A stretch of DNA of 64,000 nucleotides from an uncultured Roseburia sp. (GCA_910587865.1 CAJUNX010000001.1:81398-145397), one strand, 5' to 3'; numbered from the stretch's first letter, positions 48,063 to 58,140 are shown. The notes: generated by a model not told the origin, from the sequence alone. Made by a program: numbers and translations.

Positions 48063-49322
48063 TCACACGGTGGTATTTACCCCGTTGACCGCTGCGTGCT
48101 CGTCTTCGTCCATCGGGATGACGAGGCAGCGTTTCCCGTCGATGACCTGGGAGTGGATCTGGCCGACTTTTTCCGGTTTGACGCGCAGAATCACGTCGTA
48201 GGTCTTCACTGCCGGGACATCCTCCCCGTCTTCGCCGTCCGCGGTGACCGGGAGAGCGCGGGTCTCGTCGAGCTGCTGCTTTAAATTGGTAACCTGCCGG
48301 ATGAGGTCGAGTTTTTCCATACGTCTGCCGTTCGCCTCGACCAGCTTCTGATCGACGAGCTGTTCTGCGTCCGGGAGCTCATCGGCGAAAGCGTCTGTGT
48401 ATGTTTTCTCAATGATAGCGGCCTGTTCGCCGGGCACACCGCTGTCCGAGAGCACGTCGGCGATATCGGCGGCCGTCAGCGGAGCAGGCGGCTCGTCTTC
48501 GTCCTCGGCGGTAACCGGGATCATATCGTTCAGGTTGCCCTGGATGGATAAAAACATCGCCTCGCTCTCTTCTTCTTCCTCTCCGATGACCTCTTTTACG
48601 ATACTCTGGAAGGTCAGCTTCTTTTCGGTGGCGGTCAGCTTCGAGGCGCAGCCGAGACCGGATTCCATAAATTCCGTGTGCGGCAGCTTTGTATCGCGCG
48701 TGTAAAACATCAGAGCGTGGATGTCTGCGCTGCGGTCGGAAAACGCCGGGAAGACAAAGCCGGTATCCGGAACGCCGACCACCCAGTCGCGGATGCGCGG
48801 CCCGATGCGGTTTTCGTCTTCGCGGTAGCCGAGTCCCGGTTTGGTGAGTGTGACCGGACAGATCGCACAGAGCAGATATTCATAGACCTCCTCGGATTCG
48901 TCAAGCTTGTTGTGATCCGACGTCCGGGTCATCACGTCGTAGGCATCGTGAAAGACGAGGATCAGATAATTTCCGACGTAACTGTAATTGTCGATCACGA
49001 GATCAAAAAAAGCATCGGTCAGTTCGTCGCTTTTTAATGCGCTCTCGCGCAGGCCCATCAAAAACTGCTGCCTGCCGCCCGGAGCTTCCTGACCGGCGGG
49101 AAATTCCAGCTCTAAGATATTGTTGCCGACGGTTCCCGAGAGTACCTTTCTGGCAATCTCTAAGTACTTGAAAAATTCCTCGTCCTCTAAGTTTAAAAAG
49201 GTTTCGCCGAAGGTCGTCACTTTGTTGCGGTCAGCGTCGACGTAGCAGCCGCACAGTCTTGTGAACGTGCAGGCTTCTTTTTTCATGCGGCGTTTTAATT
49301 CTGAAATGTCTGTTTTATTCAT
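48063..49322 (-). CDS. DUF4317-like conserved Clostridia protein
   Basis: TRLCGCYVD, LILVFHDAYDV, ESEEVYEYLLCAICPV and GFVFPAFSDRSAD; RBS AGAAAGGAG. Confidence 0.8.
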   Translation of the reverse strand: MNKTDISELKRRMKKEACTFTRLCGCYVDADRNKVTTFGETFLNLEDEEFFKYLEIARKVLSGTVGNNILELEFPAGQEAPGGRQQFLMGLRESALKSDELTDAFFDLVIDNYSYVGNYLILVFHDAYDVMTRTSDHNKLDESEEVYEYLLCAICPVTLTKPGLGYREDENRIGPRIRDWVVGVPDTGFVFPAFSDRSADIHALMFYTRDTKLPHTEFMESGLGCASKLTATEKKLTFQSIVKEVIGEEEEESEAMFLSIQGNLNDMIPVTAEDEDEPPAPLTAADIADVLSDSGVPGEQAAIIEKTYTDAFADELPDAEQLVDQKLVEANGRRMEKLDLIRQVTNLKQQLDETRALPVTADGEDGEDVPAVKTYDVILRVKPEKVGQIHSQVIDGKRCLVIPMDEDEHAAVNGVNTTV

Positions 49323-49488
49323 CGGTATCTCCTTTCTGGCGCACTGATCATTATAGCGGGAAACGGAGGAATGCGCAAGGATCATTTGCGGACAGGAAGC
49401 GGGACATTTGACAAAGCGGGAAATATGAGGTATGGTGACAGATACAGATATATTTTGAAAAGATACGATACAGACAGGGAGAGTAACA

Positions 49489-51009
49489 ATGCTTTTTAAT
49501 TCCTATATCTTTATTTTCTGCTTTTTTCCGATTGTTCTTTGCGGATGGTACGGATGGAATCACTTTGGGAAGTACCGGATGGCACAGTTATTTTTACTGC
49601 TGATGTCTTTGTGGTTTTACGGATACTACCATCCGAATTACGTGATACTGATTTTGTTCAGCATAACCGGCAGCTGGCTGTTCAGCCTGTGCATTCAGAA
49701 AACCGGAAAACGAAAACTGTTTGGGTGGATGGGCATTTTGTTTCACCTTGGCATTTTGTTTTATTATAAATATTATGATTTTTTTGTCCAAAATGTAAAC
49801 GCGGTATTTAAAACGGACTGGGTTATTAAAAATATTATGCTTCCGCTGGGAATCAGTTTTTTTACCTTTCAGCAGATCTCTTTTCTTGCGGATCGCATGC
49901 GGGGGCAGGCGCCCCATTATTCCATGACGGACTATATGAGTTATGTGGTGTATTTTCCGCAGCTGATCGCAGGACCGATCGTCAGCCATGAGGATCTGAT
50001 CCCGCAGTTTCAGGGGGAGGAATGCCGGAGATTCCGATGGGAGAATCTGCTGTACGGCATCCGGCTGTTTACCGCAGGACTGGCGAAGAAAATTCTGCTG
50101 GCGGACGAGCTGGGAAAACTTGTGGATATCGGATATGAAGATGTGGCCGCGCTGGATGCGCCGGGGGCATTTCTGGTGATGCTTGCATATACATTTCAGA
50201 TTTTTCTGGATTTTAGCGCGTATTCTGATATGGCGATGGGGCTGGCCGGGATGATGGGGATCTCGCTGCCGGTTAATTTCAGATCTCCGTATAAAGCGCG
50301 AAGTGTGCGGGAATTTTGGAAAAGATGGCATATTACGCTGAATGTCTTTTTTACAAAATATGTTTATATCCCGCTTGGAGGAAACCGCGCGGGCAGAGCG
50401 CGGCTGATCCGAAATACGATGATCGTATTTTTCCTCAGCGGTTTATGGCATGGAGCAGACTGGACCTTTGTGCTGTGGGGGCTTTTGCACGGAGCCATGA
50501 TATCGCTGGAACATGTGTGGGATGGGCGGAAGCGGTTTGGGAAGATCTCTTCTGCGCCGGCCGGCATACGGGAACGTGAGCCGGAGGAACAGGTGAAGAA
50601 CAGAGGATGGGGAAAATGGGCTGCGACGTTTGGTTTTGTCAATCTTGCCTGGGTATTGTTCCGCAGCGATTCGCTGGAAACGGCAGTGATGTTTTATAAA
50701 CGTCTGTTTTCCTTCACCTATAACGGTACGATATGGAGATTTGGGACGGCAATGAAAAACTGGCGGAATTATCCGCTCTATCAGCTGGCGGATAAAATAG
50801 GCGGTTATACGGCAGGCCGCGTGCTGTGTATTGCATGGATGCTGCTGATCTTTGGTCTGGCGGCGGCGTTATGCAAAGGGCCGGATCTGTTCGAGTGGGC
50901 AGAGAAAAAACCGGCGGGATGTATGCAGATGTGCGGACTGGCAGTGCTGCTCTGTCTGTGCGTGTTTTCCTTTTCAGGTGTGACCGTATTTTTATATTTT
51001 AACTTTTAA
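49489..51009 (+). CDS. Second MBOAT family O-acyltransferase (AlgI/DltB-like)
   Basis: MLFNS, LPLGISFFTFQ, FPQLIAGPI, FWKRWHITL, YIPLGGNR, GLWHGA and FLYFNF. Confidence 0.93.
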   Translation: MLFNSYIFIFCFFPIVLCGWYGWNHFGKYRMAQLFLLLMSLWFYGYYHPNYVILILFSITGSWLFSLCIQKTGKRKLFGWMGILFHLGILFYYKYYDFFVQNVNAVFKTDWVIKNIMLPLGISFFTFQQISFLADRMRGQAPHYSMTDYMSYVVYFPQLIAGPIVSHEDLIPQFQGEECRRFRWENLLYGIRLFTAGLAKKILLADELGKLVDIGYEDVAALDAPGAFLVMLAYTFQIFLDFSAYSDMAMGLAGMMGISLPVNFRSPYKARSVREFWKRWHITLNVFFTKYVYIPLGGNRAGRARLIRNTMIVFFLSGLWHGADWTFVLWGLLHGAMISLEHVWDGRKRFGKISSAPAGIREREPEEQVKNRGWGKWAATFGFVNLAWVLFRSDSLETAVMFYKRLFSFTYNGTIWRFGTAMKNWRNYPLYQLADKIGGYTAGRVLCIAWMLLIFGLAAALCKGPDLFEWAEKKPAGCMQMCGLAVLLCLCVFSFSGVTVFLYFNF

Positions 51010-51010
51010 A

Positions 51011-51116
51011 GTTCAGCCATCCTCGGTGAAACGGGCGAATCATGCCCGCATGAATGAGCACGTTTTGCAGAGGATGAGCGAAGCGTAGACGGTTTTGCGA
51101 ATGGCGCGGGCTGAAC
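51011..51116. repeat. Intergenic structured element with 8-bp terminal inverted repeats (MITE/REP-like or ncRNA)
   Basis: GTTCAGCC...GGCTGAAC ends with nested internal stems. Confidence 0.5.
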
Positions 51117-51142
51117 GTTTCTTAACTTTTAGGAGATTGCAG

Positions 51143-52225
51143 ATGACAGAAAAAAATGCAAAACAAATGGTTTTTCTTTTCCTTTTTGTGACGGGATTTA
51201 TCCTTATGACATCCGCTCTGGCGGTGTTTCTGATCGATCCTTTTTTCCATTATCACAAGCCCTGGTTTGGACTTGCAGCGTATCAGAATGAAAAGGAACA
51301 TCAGATCCCGGGCGTGCTCGATCATCTCGATTACGGCAGCGTGCTGCTCGGCTCTTCGGTGGTAATGAGTGTGGATACAGGGGTTCTGGAGGCTCGCTAT
51401 GCCAGCGGAACCGTGAAAGCGGTTGCGAATACCGCGCCGGCGTCCGTGCTTGCGGAATATTTAAGACGCGCATTTAAAAGTCATGATCTGGACTATGTTT
51501 TTTACGGAATGGATGTATTTTCGTTTTATAGCAGACCGGGGAAGGGAACAGCGTCGGATGTAGAAAAGCTGGAGAATGATAATCCGTTTGACGATGTCTG
51601 GTATCTGTGGAACGGGCAGATCCTGGCAGAAAAGATTCCGAATATGCTGCGTGTATCCAGAGAAGAATATACCTGGGGGAAGGCATACAGTTTTAACGAG
51701 GGAGAGCCCATCGGGCCGGATCAGGTACTGGCCAGATATGAGCCAACCGGACTTGTGGAGGTAGCGCAGGAGCCGTGGGAGAATGCGTCGGAAATGGTCA
51801 TGGAAAATCTGAATGCGCTGGAAGCAATTGTCGAAGCGCATCCGGAAACGGAGTTTATTTTTTTCCTGCCGCCGTACCCGATCGTGTGGTGGGATCAGGC
51901 ATACAACCGGGGACTCCTTGAATCCTATGAGCAGACCTTAAGGGTCTGCATTGAGGGACTGCTGAAATATGAGAATGCGAAGGTGTATGCAACGCGTTTT
52001 AATGAGGAGGCTCTGATCACGGATATGTACCGGTATATGGATGATATACACGGCTCCGCGGCGGTGACGGATCAGCTGGCCTGGGATATCGGGGATCCGG
52101 CGATGGAGATCACAGCGGAGAATTATGAGGATCAGATCGCACAGCTGGATGAGATCCTGTGGCGGTTCAAGGCACGCGTGGACGCGGAGGGGGTCGGATT
52201 TTTGTATGAGGTGAAGACGGGTTAA
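51143..52225 (+). CDS. Membrane-anchored MBOAT partner (SGNH/DltD-like)
   Basis: N-terminal TM then IDPFFHYH, LLGSS, FFLPPYP and YMDDIH (DxxH). Confidence 0.7.
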   Translation: MTEKNAKQMVFLFLFVTGFILMTSALAVFLIDPFFHYHKPWFGLAAYQNEKEHQIPGVLDHLDYGSVLLGSSVVMSVDTGVLEARYASGTVKAVANTAPASVLAEYLRRAFKSHDLDYVFYGMDVFSFYSRPGKGTASDVEKLENDNPFDDVWYLWNGQILAEKIPNMLRVSREEYTWGKAYSFNEGEPIGPDQVLARYEPTGLVEVAQEPWENASEMVMENLNALEAIVEAHPETEFIFFLPPYPIVWWDQAYNRGLLESYEQTLRVCIEGLLKYENAKVYATRFNEEALITDMYRYMDDIHGSAAVTDQLAWDIGDPAMEITAENYEDQIAQLDEILWRFKARVDAEGVGFLYEVKTG

Positions 52226-52295
52226 GGAACAGGTTTACTCTTGTGCGTGAATCCGTCAGGCAGTATAATGCTGTCAGGAACAGGAGGTCCTTATT

Positions 52296-52589
52296 ATGGG
52301 AGCAGTCGACATTCAGAATGTGTACCATCAGCTGGCGGAGTTTGCGGAAAAATACGGCGTGCAGAAGCTGGTACTTTTTGGTTCCAGAGCCAGGGGAACA
52401 AATGCGCCGCGGAGCGATATTGACCTGGCGGTGTATGGGTGCAGCCGGTTTGACGCATTTTGTGACTGCCTGAGTGAAGAGCTGTGGAGTCTGCTTAAGC
52501 TGGATCTGATCGATATGGATCAGCAGGTGTCAGAGACGCTGGCGCAGGAGATCAGAAGAGACGGGGTGGTTTTATATGAGAAGATTTGA
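52296..52589 (+). CDS. Minimal nucleotidyltransferase (MNT) antitoxin
   Basis: LFGSRARG...SDIDLAV; RBS AGGAGG. Confidence 0.9.
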   Translation: MGAVDIQNVYHQLAEFAEKYGVQKLVLFGSRARGTNAPRSDIDLAVYGCSRFDAFCDCLSEELWSLLKLDLIDMDQQVSETLAQEIRRDGVVLYEKI

Positions 52590-52983
52590 TGAGTACTGCA
52601 GGCATCTTAAGGTATTGCAAAGAGCCTGGCAGGAGGATCTGTCAAATGAATTTATTGTCAGCGGAATTATCGATAAATTTTTTATCCAGTTTGAGCTGGG
52701 CTGGAAGGTGTTAAAAAATCTGCTGAGCTATGAGGGAAGTCCGGTGGGAAAGACAGGTTCCCCGCGGGAGGTGATCCGGGAGGCATACCGGTATTTCGGG
52801 TTTATGGACGAAGAGATATGGCTGGGAATGTTAAAGGAGCGCAATGATACGGCTCATATCTATGACGGAGAGGCAGCGCAGCGTCTGGCAGGGAAGATTA
52901 TAAAAGAATATACGGGAGAGTTTGAAATCATGCGCACGAATATACGGGAGAGATACGGGAAGCAGCTCGATGAGATGACGTAA
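52576..52983 (+). CDS. HEPN / nucleotidyltransferase substrate-binding (HI0074-like) toxin
   Basis: FELGWKVLK, SPREVIREA and RX4H motif RNDTAHIY; 14-bp overlap with MNT. Confidence 0.88.
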   Translation: MRRFDEYCRHLKVLQRAWQEDLSNEFIVSGIIDKFFIQFELGWKVLKNLLSYEGSPVGKTGSPREVIREAYRYFGFMDEEIWLGMLKERNDTAHIYDGEAAQRLAGKIIKEYTGEFEIMRTNIRERYGKQLDEMT

Positions 52984-52994
52984 CGCGTTTCCGG

Positions 52995-53084
52995 GCCGGG
53001 ACAGCTGGAAGATCACATGGCAGACCGGGATTGACCGCAGGTCCGTACAGCCGGGACAGCTGGAAGATCGCATGGGCAGACCGG
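52995..53084 (+). repeat. 34-35-bp direct repeat x2, intergenic
   Basis: GCCGGGACAGCTGGAAGATCRCATGG(G)CAGACCGG at 52995 and 53050. Confidence 0.85.
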
Positions 53085-53120
53085 CCGGGCATTCCGGCAG
53101 AAGCCGGTGCAGCGCAGCTC

Positions 53121-54140
53121 TCACAGGCTTTCGCGGATTTTGATGTCGAGATTCATGTGGACGAGTGTCTGCGCCGGGAGCTCGCCGGTGAGCAGATAGT
53201 CGACCAGAAGGGAGAGCGAACGCACCCCCTGCTCTTTGGGATGCTGGCAGATCGTGGCGGTGATCACGCCTTTTGCCAGCATTTTTTTTGTCGTCGGAAC
53301 AGCGTCAAATGTAATCACAACAGGCATCTGCTTCAGTCCTGCGTCTAAAATCGCCCGACAGCCGCCGTAAACGCCGGCAGCGGTGAAGTACAGAGCGTTC
53401 AGATCCGGACGGGCGGCAAGGAGTGCGGAGACCGCGCCGTAGCTTTTGTAGTCGTCGTCCCCGTTTTCGATGATATCCGTGACGCACACCGGGGCGCGCC
53501 GCTCCGCGATATAGTCGGAAAAACCGCTGATCCGTTCCTCGTGGCAGAGGATATTGTGGGAACCGGTGATGATGGCGGCCGTCGTCTGGCCATGCGTCAT
53601 CAGACAGAGCAGTCCCGCGGCAATCTGACCGCATTTGTAGTAGTCGCTGCCGACATAGGCGATCCGGCGGGAATTTGGGATGTCGGTGTTGACCGTGACG
53701 CACGGGATGCCGCCTTCCCAGAACGCATCGATCTTTTCGCGGATCTCTGCAGCGTTGTAGGGGGAGAGGATCAGGCCGTGAATCCCCTCTGCGCGCAGCT
53801 CCTCCATGGCGTCAAGCTGCGTGGACAGGTCAAACGGAATACGGCGTACGGTGGTCGTACAGCCGTAGATGGAAAGCTCGCTCTGCCGGAAATTAAGCCC
53901 GTCGATGACCTCGTCAAAAAAAGGGTTCTCCTCCCCGAAGAGCAGCACGCCGATGTGGTATTTCTTTTTCTGTGCGGCGAGCGCCATACCCGCCTTGTTC
54001 GGCTGATAGTGCAGCAGGGAGGCGATCTCTAACACTTTTCGTTCCGTGTCCGGGCTCACGAATCCCCGGTGGTTCAGGACACGGTCCACTGTTCCGCGGG
54101 AAACGCCCGCAAGCTCTGCGATTTCTTTGATTGTGGCCAT
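53121..54140 (-). CDS. LacI family transcriptional regulator
   Basis: HTH TIKEIAELAGVSRGTVDRVLN plus a sugar-binding domain. Confidence 0.93.
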   Translation of the reverse strand: MATIKEIAELAGVSRGTVDRVLNHRGFVSPDTERKVLEIASLLHYQPNKAGMALAAQKKKYHIGVLLFGEENPFFDEVIDGLNFRQSELSIYGCTTTVRRIPFDLSTQLDAMEELRAEGIHGLILSPYNAAEIREKIDAFWEGGIPCVTVNTDIPNSRRIAYVGSDYYKCGQIAAGLLCLMTHGQTTAAIITGSHNILCHEERISGFSDYIAERRAPVCVTDIIENGDDDYKSYGAVSALLAARPDLNALYFTAAGVYGGCRAILDAGLKQMPVVITFDAVPTTKKMLAKGVITATICQHPKEQGVRSLSLLVDYLLTGELPAQTLVHMNLDIKIRESL

Positions 54141-54241
54141 CGTTTTTCCAAGCCTTTCTTTCTGATGCGAATCCCCGGGGACAAAGCGGTTTTGCGTTCT
54201 GCGCGCAGTGTTTAAGCGTTCGCCTGCCACGGTTTTCTTCT

Positions 54242-54375
54242 ATTATAAACACCCGCTGGCGGGAAGTCAATTTTACGTGCACGGTAAAATGCAACAAAAA
54301 GTGATGCAAAAAACTGTGAAAAACGTATATTGCACAATGATAATGAACGGTATATGATAAAGAAAAACGTGCACG
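54242..54375. promoter_or_regulatory. Divergent sigma-A promoters with two candidate LacI operators
   Basis: Minus strand TTGACT-N17-TATAAT (54270-54242); plus strand TTGCAC-N17-TATGAT (54330-54358); CGTGCACG palindromes at 54276 and 54368. Confidence 0.7.
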
Positions 54376-54401
54376 GGCACGGAAAGGACGGGGACAATAA
54401 A

Positions 54402-55871
54402 TTGCTGTACATAGGGATTGATCTTGGAACCTCGGCGGTCAAGCTTCTTCTGATGGACGGGGACGGAAATGTAAAAAATATCGTTTCCAGGGAATATCCG
54501 CTGTATTTTCCGCATCCGGGATGGTCGGAGCAGAAACCGGAAGACTGGTACCGGGAGACGATGCAGGGATTAAAGGAGCTGCTGGAGGGATCTGATAAAA
54601 GCCGGGTGGCCGGCATCAGCTTCGGCGGGCAGATGCACGGGCTGGTGATTCTCGACGGGGAGGATCAGGTGATCCGGCCGGCGCTTTTGTGGAATGACGG
54701 CAGGACCGCAAAGGAATGCGATTATCTGAATCAGGAGATCGGGAAGGAAACGCTCTCTTCGTACACGGCGAACATTTCCTTTACCGGATTTACCGCGCCG
54801 AAGATCCTCTGGGTGAAAAACAACGAGCCGGAGCATTTTGCGCGGATCAGAAAAATCATGCTGCCGAAGGACTACATCGCTTACCGTCTGACCGGTGTGC
54901 ACTGCACGGACGTGTCGGACGCCTCCGGTATGCTGCTTCTTGACGTGAAGAACCGCTGCTGGTCGAAGGAGATGTGCGACATCTGCCATATTACGGAGGA
55001 GATGCTGCCGCGGGTTTATGAGAGCTATGAGAGCGTGGGGACCGTGCTGCCGGAGATTGCGGCGGAGCTCGGGATCCCGGAGACGGTGAAGGTGGCTGCG
55101 GGAGCCGGGGACAACGCTGCCGCTGCCGTGGCGACCGGAACCGTGGGCGACGGACAGTGCAATATTTCCCTCGGGACGAGCGGGACGATCTTTATCTCCT
55201 CAAAGGTGTTTCGGGTGGATGATAACAACGCGCTTCACGCCTTCTGCGACGCGAACGGCGCTTATCATCTGATGGGCTGCATGTTAAGCGCGGCATCCTG
55301 CAACAAATGGTGGATGGATGAGATCATCGGCACGAAGGATTACGCGAAGGAGCAGGAGCAGATCAAAACGCTCGGGGAGAATCACGTGTACTATCTGCCG
55401 TATCTGATGGGGGAGCGTTCCCCGTACAACAATCCGAATGCGCGGGCGACCTTTATCGGCATGACGATGGATACGACCCGCGGGGATATGACGCAGGCCG
55501 TCCTGGAAGGTGTGGCGTTTGCGCTCCGCGATTCGTTTGAGATTGCAAAATCACTCGGGATAAAGATCACGCGCACGAAGATCTGCGGCGGCGGTGCGAA
55601 GAGTCCGCTCTGGAAGAAGATTATCGCAAACGTGCTGAATATCAGCGTGGATGTTTTAGAGACAGAGGAGGGGCCGTCGCTCGGCGGCGCGATGCTCGCT
55701 GCGGTGGCCTGCGAGGAGTATGAGAGTGTGGAGGACGCTGCGGCAAAGACGGTGAAGGTGGTCGATACCGTGGAGCCGGATCCGGAGCTTGCGGCCAGAT
55801 ATGAGGCGCGGTATCAGCAGTTTAAACAGATCTATCCGGCATGCAGGGAGCTGTTTGATAAGATTGTCTGA
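54402..55871 (+). CDS. xylB: Xylulokinase (FGGY family)
   Basis: IGIDLGTS, GQMHG, LWNDGR, GAGDNAA, SLGTSG and PYLMGERSP; TTG start. Confidence 0.92.
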   Translation: MLYIGIDLGTSAVKLLLMDGDGNVKNIVSREYPLYFPHPGWSEQKPEDWYRETMQGLKELLEGSDKSRVAGISFGGQMHGLVILDGEDQVIRPALLWNDGRTAKECDYLNQEIGKETLSSYTANISFTGFTAPKILWVKNNEPEHFARIRKIMLPKDYIAYRLTGVHCTDVSDASGMLLLDVKNRCWSKEMCDICHITEEMLPRVYESYESVGTVLPEIAAELGIPETVKVAAGAGDNAAAAVATGTVGDGQCNISLGTSGTIFISSKVFRVDDNNALHAFCDANGAYHLMGCMLSAASCNKWWMDEIIGTKDYAKEQEQIKTLGENHVYYLPYLMGERSPYNNPNARATFIGMTMDTTRGDMTQAVLEGVAFALRDSFEIAKSLGIKITRTKICGGGAKSPLWKKIIANVLNISVDVLETEEGPSLGGAMLAAVACEEYESVEDAAAKTVKVVDTVEPDPELAARYEARYQQFKQIYPACRELFDKIV

Positions 55872-55923
55872 AAAGTCGGGCTGAACAAACGTTGAAAAGA
55901 AAATCGCAGGGAGGATGATTCAT

Positions 55924-56544
55924 ATGCAGATTTATGATGTGACGGACGAGCGTTTCCGTGTCTACGGACGCGTGGTAAAAAACATTGATTTTTCTTCGCT
56001 GGTGGAGGAGTTAAAAAAGACTCCGGTGCCGGACGGCGTGGTGTATGAGCCGAAGGCGGACGCTTTTATGGCGCTGCCGGTAGCGGATCAGATCCGCAGA
56101 GTCTTTTACGGGGAGCTTCCGGTGCAGATCGGTTACTGCAACGGCCACAATGTGCTGCTAAATGCGGTCGAGTACCACAGATGCTCCGAGGTGAATGTGG
56201 CGGCGACGGACGCGGTCTTAATCGTCGGCCGGCAGCAGGATGTGACGGAGAACTGCACCTACGATACGGCGAAGATGGAGGCATTCTTAGTGCCGGCCGG
56301 GTGCGCGGTGGAGCTTTACGCGACGACCCTGCACTACGCGCCCTGCCATGTGAAGGAGGGCGGTTTCCAGGTGGCCGTGATCTTGCAGGAAGGGACGAAT
56401 TACCCGCTTAATGAGCCGCATGACAACGGGGAGGACGCGATTCTTGCCGCCAAAAACAAGTGGCTGATCGGACACCCGGAGGGCGGTCTGCCGGAGGGCA
56501 GTTTTATCGGGCTTTATGGAAAGAATCTGAATATCACAGAATAA
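55924..56544 (+). CDS. DUF4867-like protein
   Basis: QIGYCNGHN..LNAVEYH, YATTLHYAP and AKNKWLIGH; start is 55915 or 55924. Confidence 0.75.
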   Translation: MQIYDVTDERFRVYGRVVKNIDFSSLVEELKKTPVPDGVVYEPKADAFMALPVADQIRRVFYGELPVQIGYCNGHNVLLNAVEYHRCSEVNVAATDAVLIVGRQQDVTENCTYDTAKMEAFLVPAGCAVELYATTLHYAPCHVKEGGFQVAVILQEGTNYPLNEPHDNGEDAILAAKNKWLIGHPEGGLPEGSFIGLYGKNLNITE

Positions 56545-56562
56545 AAACAGGAGGACACAATC

Positions 56563-58047
56563 ATGAACAACATTCCAAAGGTAAAAATCGGTATCGTGGC
56601 AGTCAGCAGAGACTGCTTTCCGGAATCTTTATCCGTAAACCGGAGAAAAGCGCTCGTGGAGGCGTATGCCGCAAAGTATGACGCGGCGGACATCTACGAG
56701 TGCCCGGTCTGCATCGTGGAGAGCGAGATCCATATGGTACAGGCATTGGAGGATATCAGAGCGGCGGGCTGCAACGCGCTGTGCGTGTACCTGGGCAACT
56801 TCGGGCCGGAGATTTCCGAGACCCTGCTCGCAAAGCATTTTGATGGGCCGAAGATGTTTATCGCGGCAGCGGAGGAGACCCAGGAGGATCTGATGCAGGG
56901 CCGCGGCGACGCATACTGCGGCATGTTAAACGCAAGCTACAACTTAAAGCTGCGCAATGTGGGCGCCTATATTCCGGAGTACCCGGTCGGCGATGCGGGA
57001 GACTGTGCGGATATGATTCACGACTTCCTTCCGGTTGCAAGGGCTGTGGCAGGACTCTCTGAATTAAAGATCATCTCCTTCGGACCGAGACCGCTTAATT
57101 TCCTTGCCTGCAACGCGCCGATCAAACAGCTTTACAATCTGGGGGTGGAGATCGAGGAAAATTCCGAGCTGGATCTGTTTGAAGCGTTCAACAGACATGC
57201 GGGGGATGCGAGAATCCCGGAGGTTGTCGCGGATATGGCGGCGGAGCTCGGCGACGGCAATAAGAAGCCGGAGATCTTAGAGAAGCTTGCGCAGTATGAG
57301 CTGACCCTGCTCGACTGGGTGGAGGAGCACAGAGGCTACCGCAAATATGTGGCGATCGCCGGAAAGTGCTGGCCGGCCTTCCAGACGCAGTTCGGTTTCG
57401 TGCCGTGCTATGTCAACAGCCGTCTGACCGGACGCGGGATCCCGGTATCCTGTGAGGTGGATATCTACGGCGCGTTAAGCGAATTCATCGGAACCTGTGT
57501 GAGCGAGGATATCGTGACGCTGCTCGACATCAACAACTCCGTGCCGAAGGATATGTATGAGGAGTCGATTAAAGGGGCGTTCGATTATAAGCATACGGAT
57601 ACCTTCATGGGTTTCCACTGCGGAAATACCTGCTCAAAGAAGCTCTCCGCCTGCGAGATGAAATATCAGATGATCATGGCCAGAAGCCTTCCGGTCGAGG
57701 TGACCAACGGAACCTTAGAGGGCGATATCGCTCCGGGCGAGATCACCTTCTACCGTCTTCAGTCCACGGCGGACTGTAAACTGCGCGCCTACGTGGCGCA
57801 GGGCGAGGTGCTTCCGATCGCAACCCGTTCCTTCGGCGGCATCGGCGTGTTCGCGATTAAGGAGATGGGCAGATTCTACCGCCATGTGCTGATCCAGAAG
57901 AATTATCCGCATCACGGTGCGGTGGCGTTCGGCCATTACGGGAAAGCGCTGTTTGAGGTGTTTAAGTACATCGGCGTTCCGGTGGAGGACATCAACTACA
58001 ATCAGCCGGCATCCCTGCCGTATCCGACGGAGAATCCGTTTGCATAA
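56563..58047 (+). CDS. L-fucose/L-arabinose isomerase family sugar isomerase (XylA-II-like)
   Basis: YLGNFGPE, RGDAYCG, CEVDIYG, FHCGN and YPHHGAVAFGH. Confidence 0.88.
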   Translation: MNNIPKVKIGIVAVSRDCFPESLSVNRRKALVEAYAAKYDAADIYECPVCIVESEIHMVQALEDIRAAGCNALCVYLGNFGPEISETLLAKHFDGPKMFIAAAEETQEDLMQGRGDAYCGMLNASYNLKLRNVGAYIPEYPVGDAGDCADMIHDFLPVARAVAGLSELKIISFGPRPLNFLACNAPIKQLYNLGVEIEENSELDLFEAFNRHAGDARIPEVVADMAAELGDGNKKPEILEKLAQYELTLLDWVEEHRGYRKYVAIAGKCWPAFQTQFGFVPCYVNSRLTGRGIPVSCEVDIYGALSEFIGTCVSEDIVTLLDINNSVPKDMYEESIKGAFDYKHTDTFMGFHCGNTCSKKLSACEMKYQMIMARSLPVEVTNGTLEGDIAPGEITFYRLQSTADCKLRAYVAQGEVLPIATRSFGGIGVFAIKEMGRFYRHVLIQKNYPHHGAVAFGHYGKALFEVFKYIGVPVEDINYNQPASLPYPTENPFA

Positions 58048-58072
58048 GATGTAAAATGACTGACAGGAGTAA

Positions 58073-58105
58073 GAGAGACCGTACCTTCGGAGCGGTCTCT
58101 TTTTT
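58073..58105 (+). terminator. Intrinsic terminator after the sugar operon
   Basis: AGAGACCG...CGGTCTCT followed by a T-tract. Confidence 0.8.
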
Positions 58106-58140
58106 CCGCGTTTGGTACATCTGTTTTTCACACGCAGGAT

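Noticed and set aside
52995..53084. Mini CRISPR array
   Set aside because: Only two imperfect units, a 21-bp spacer, and no leader or cas genes
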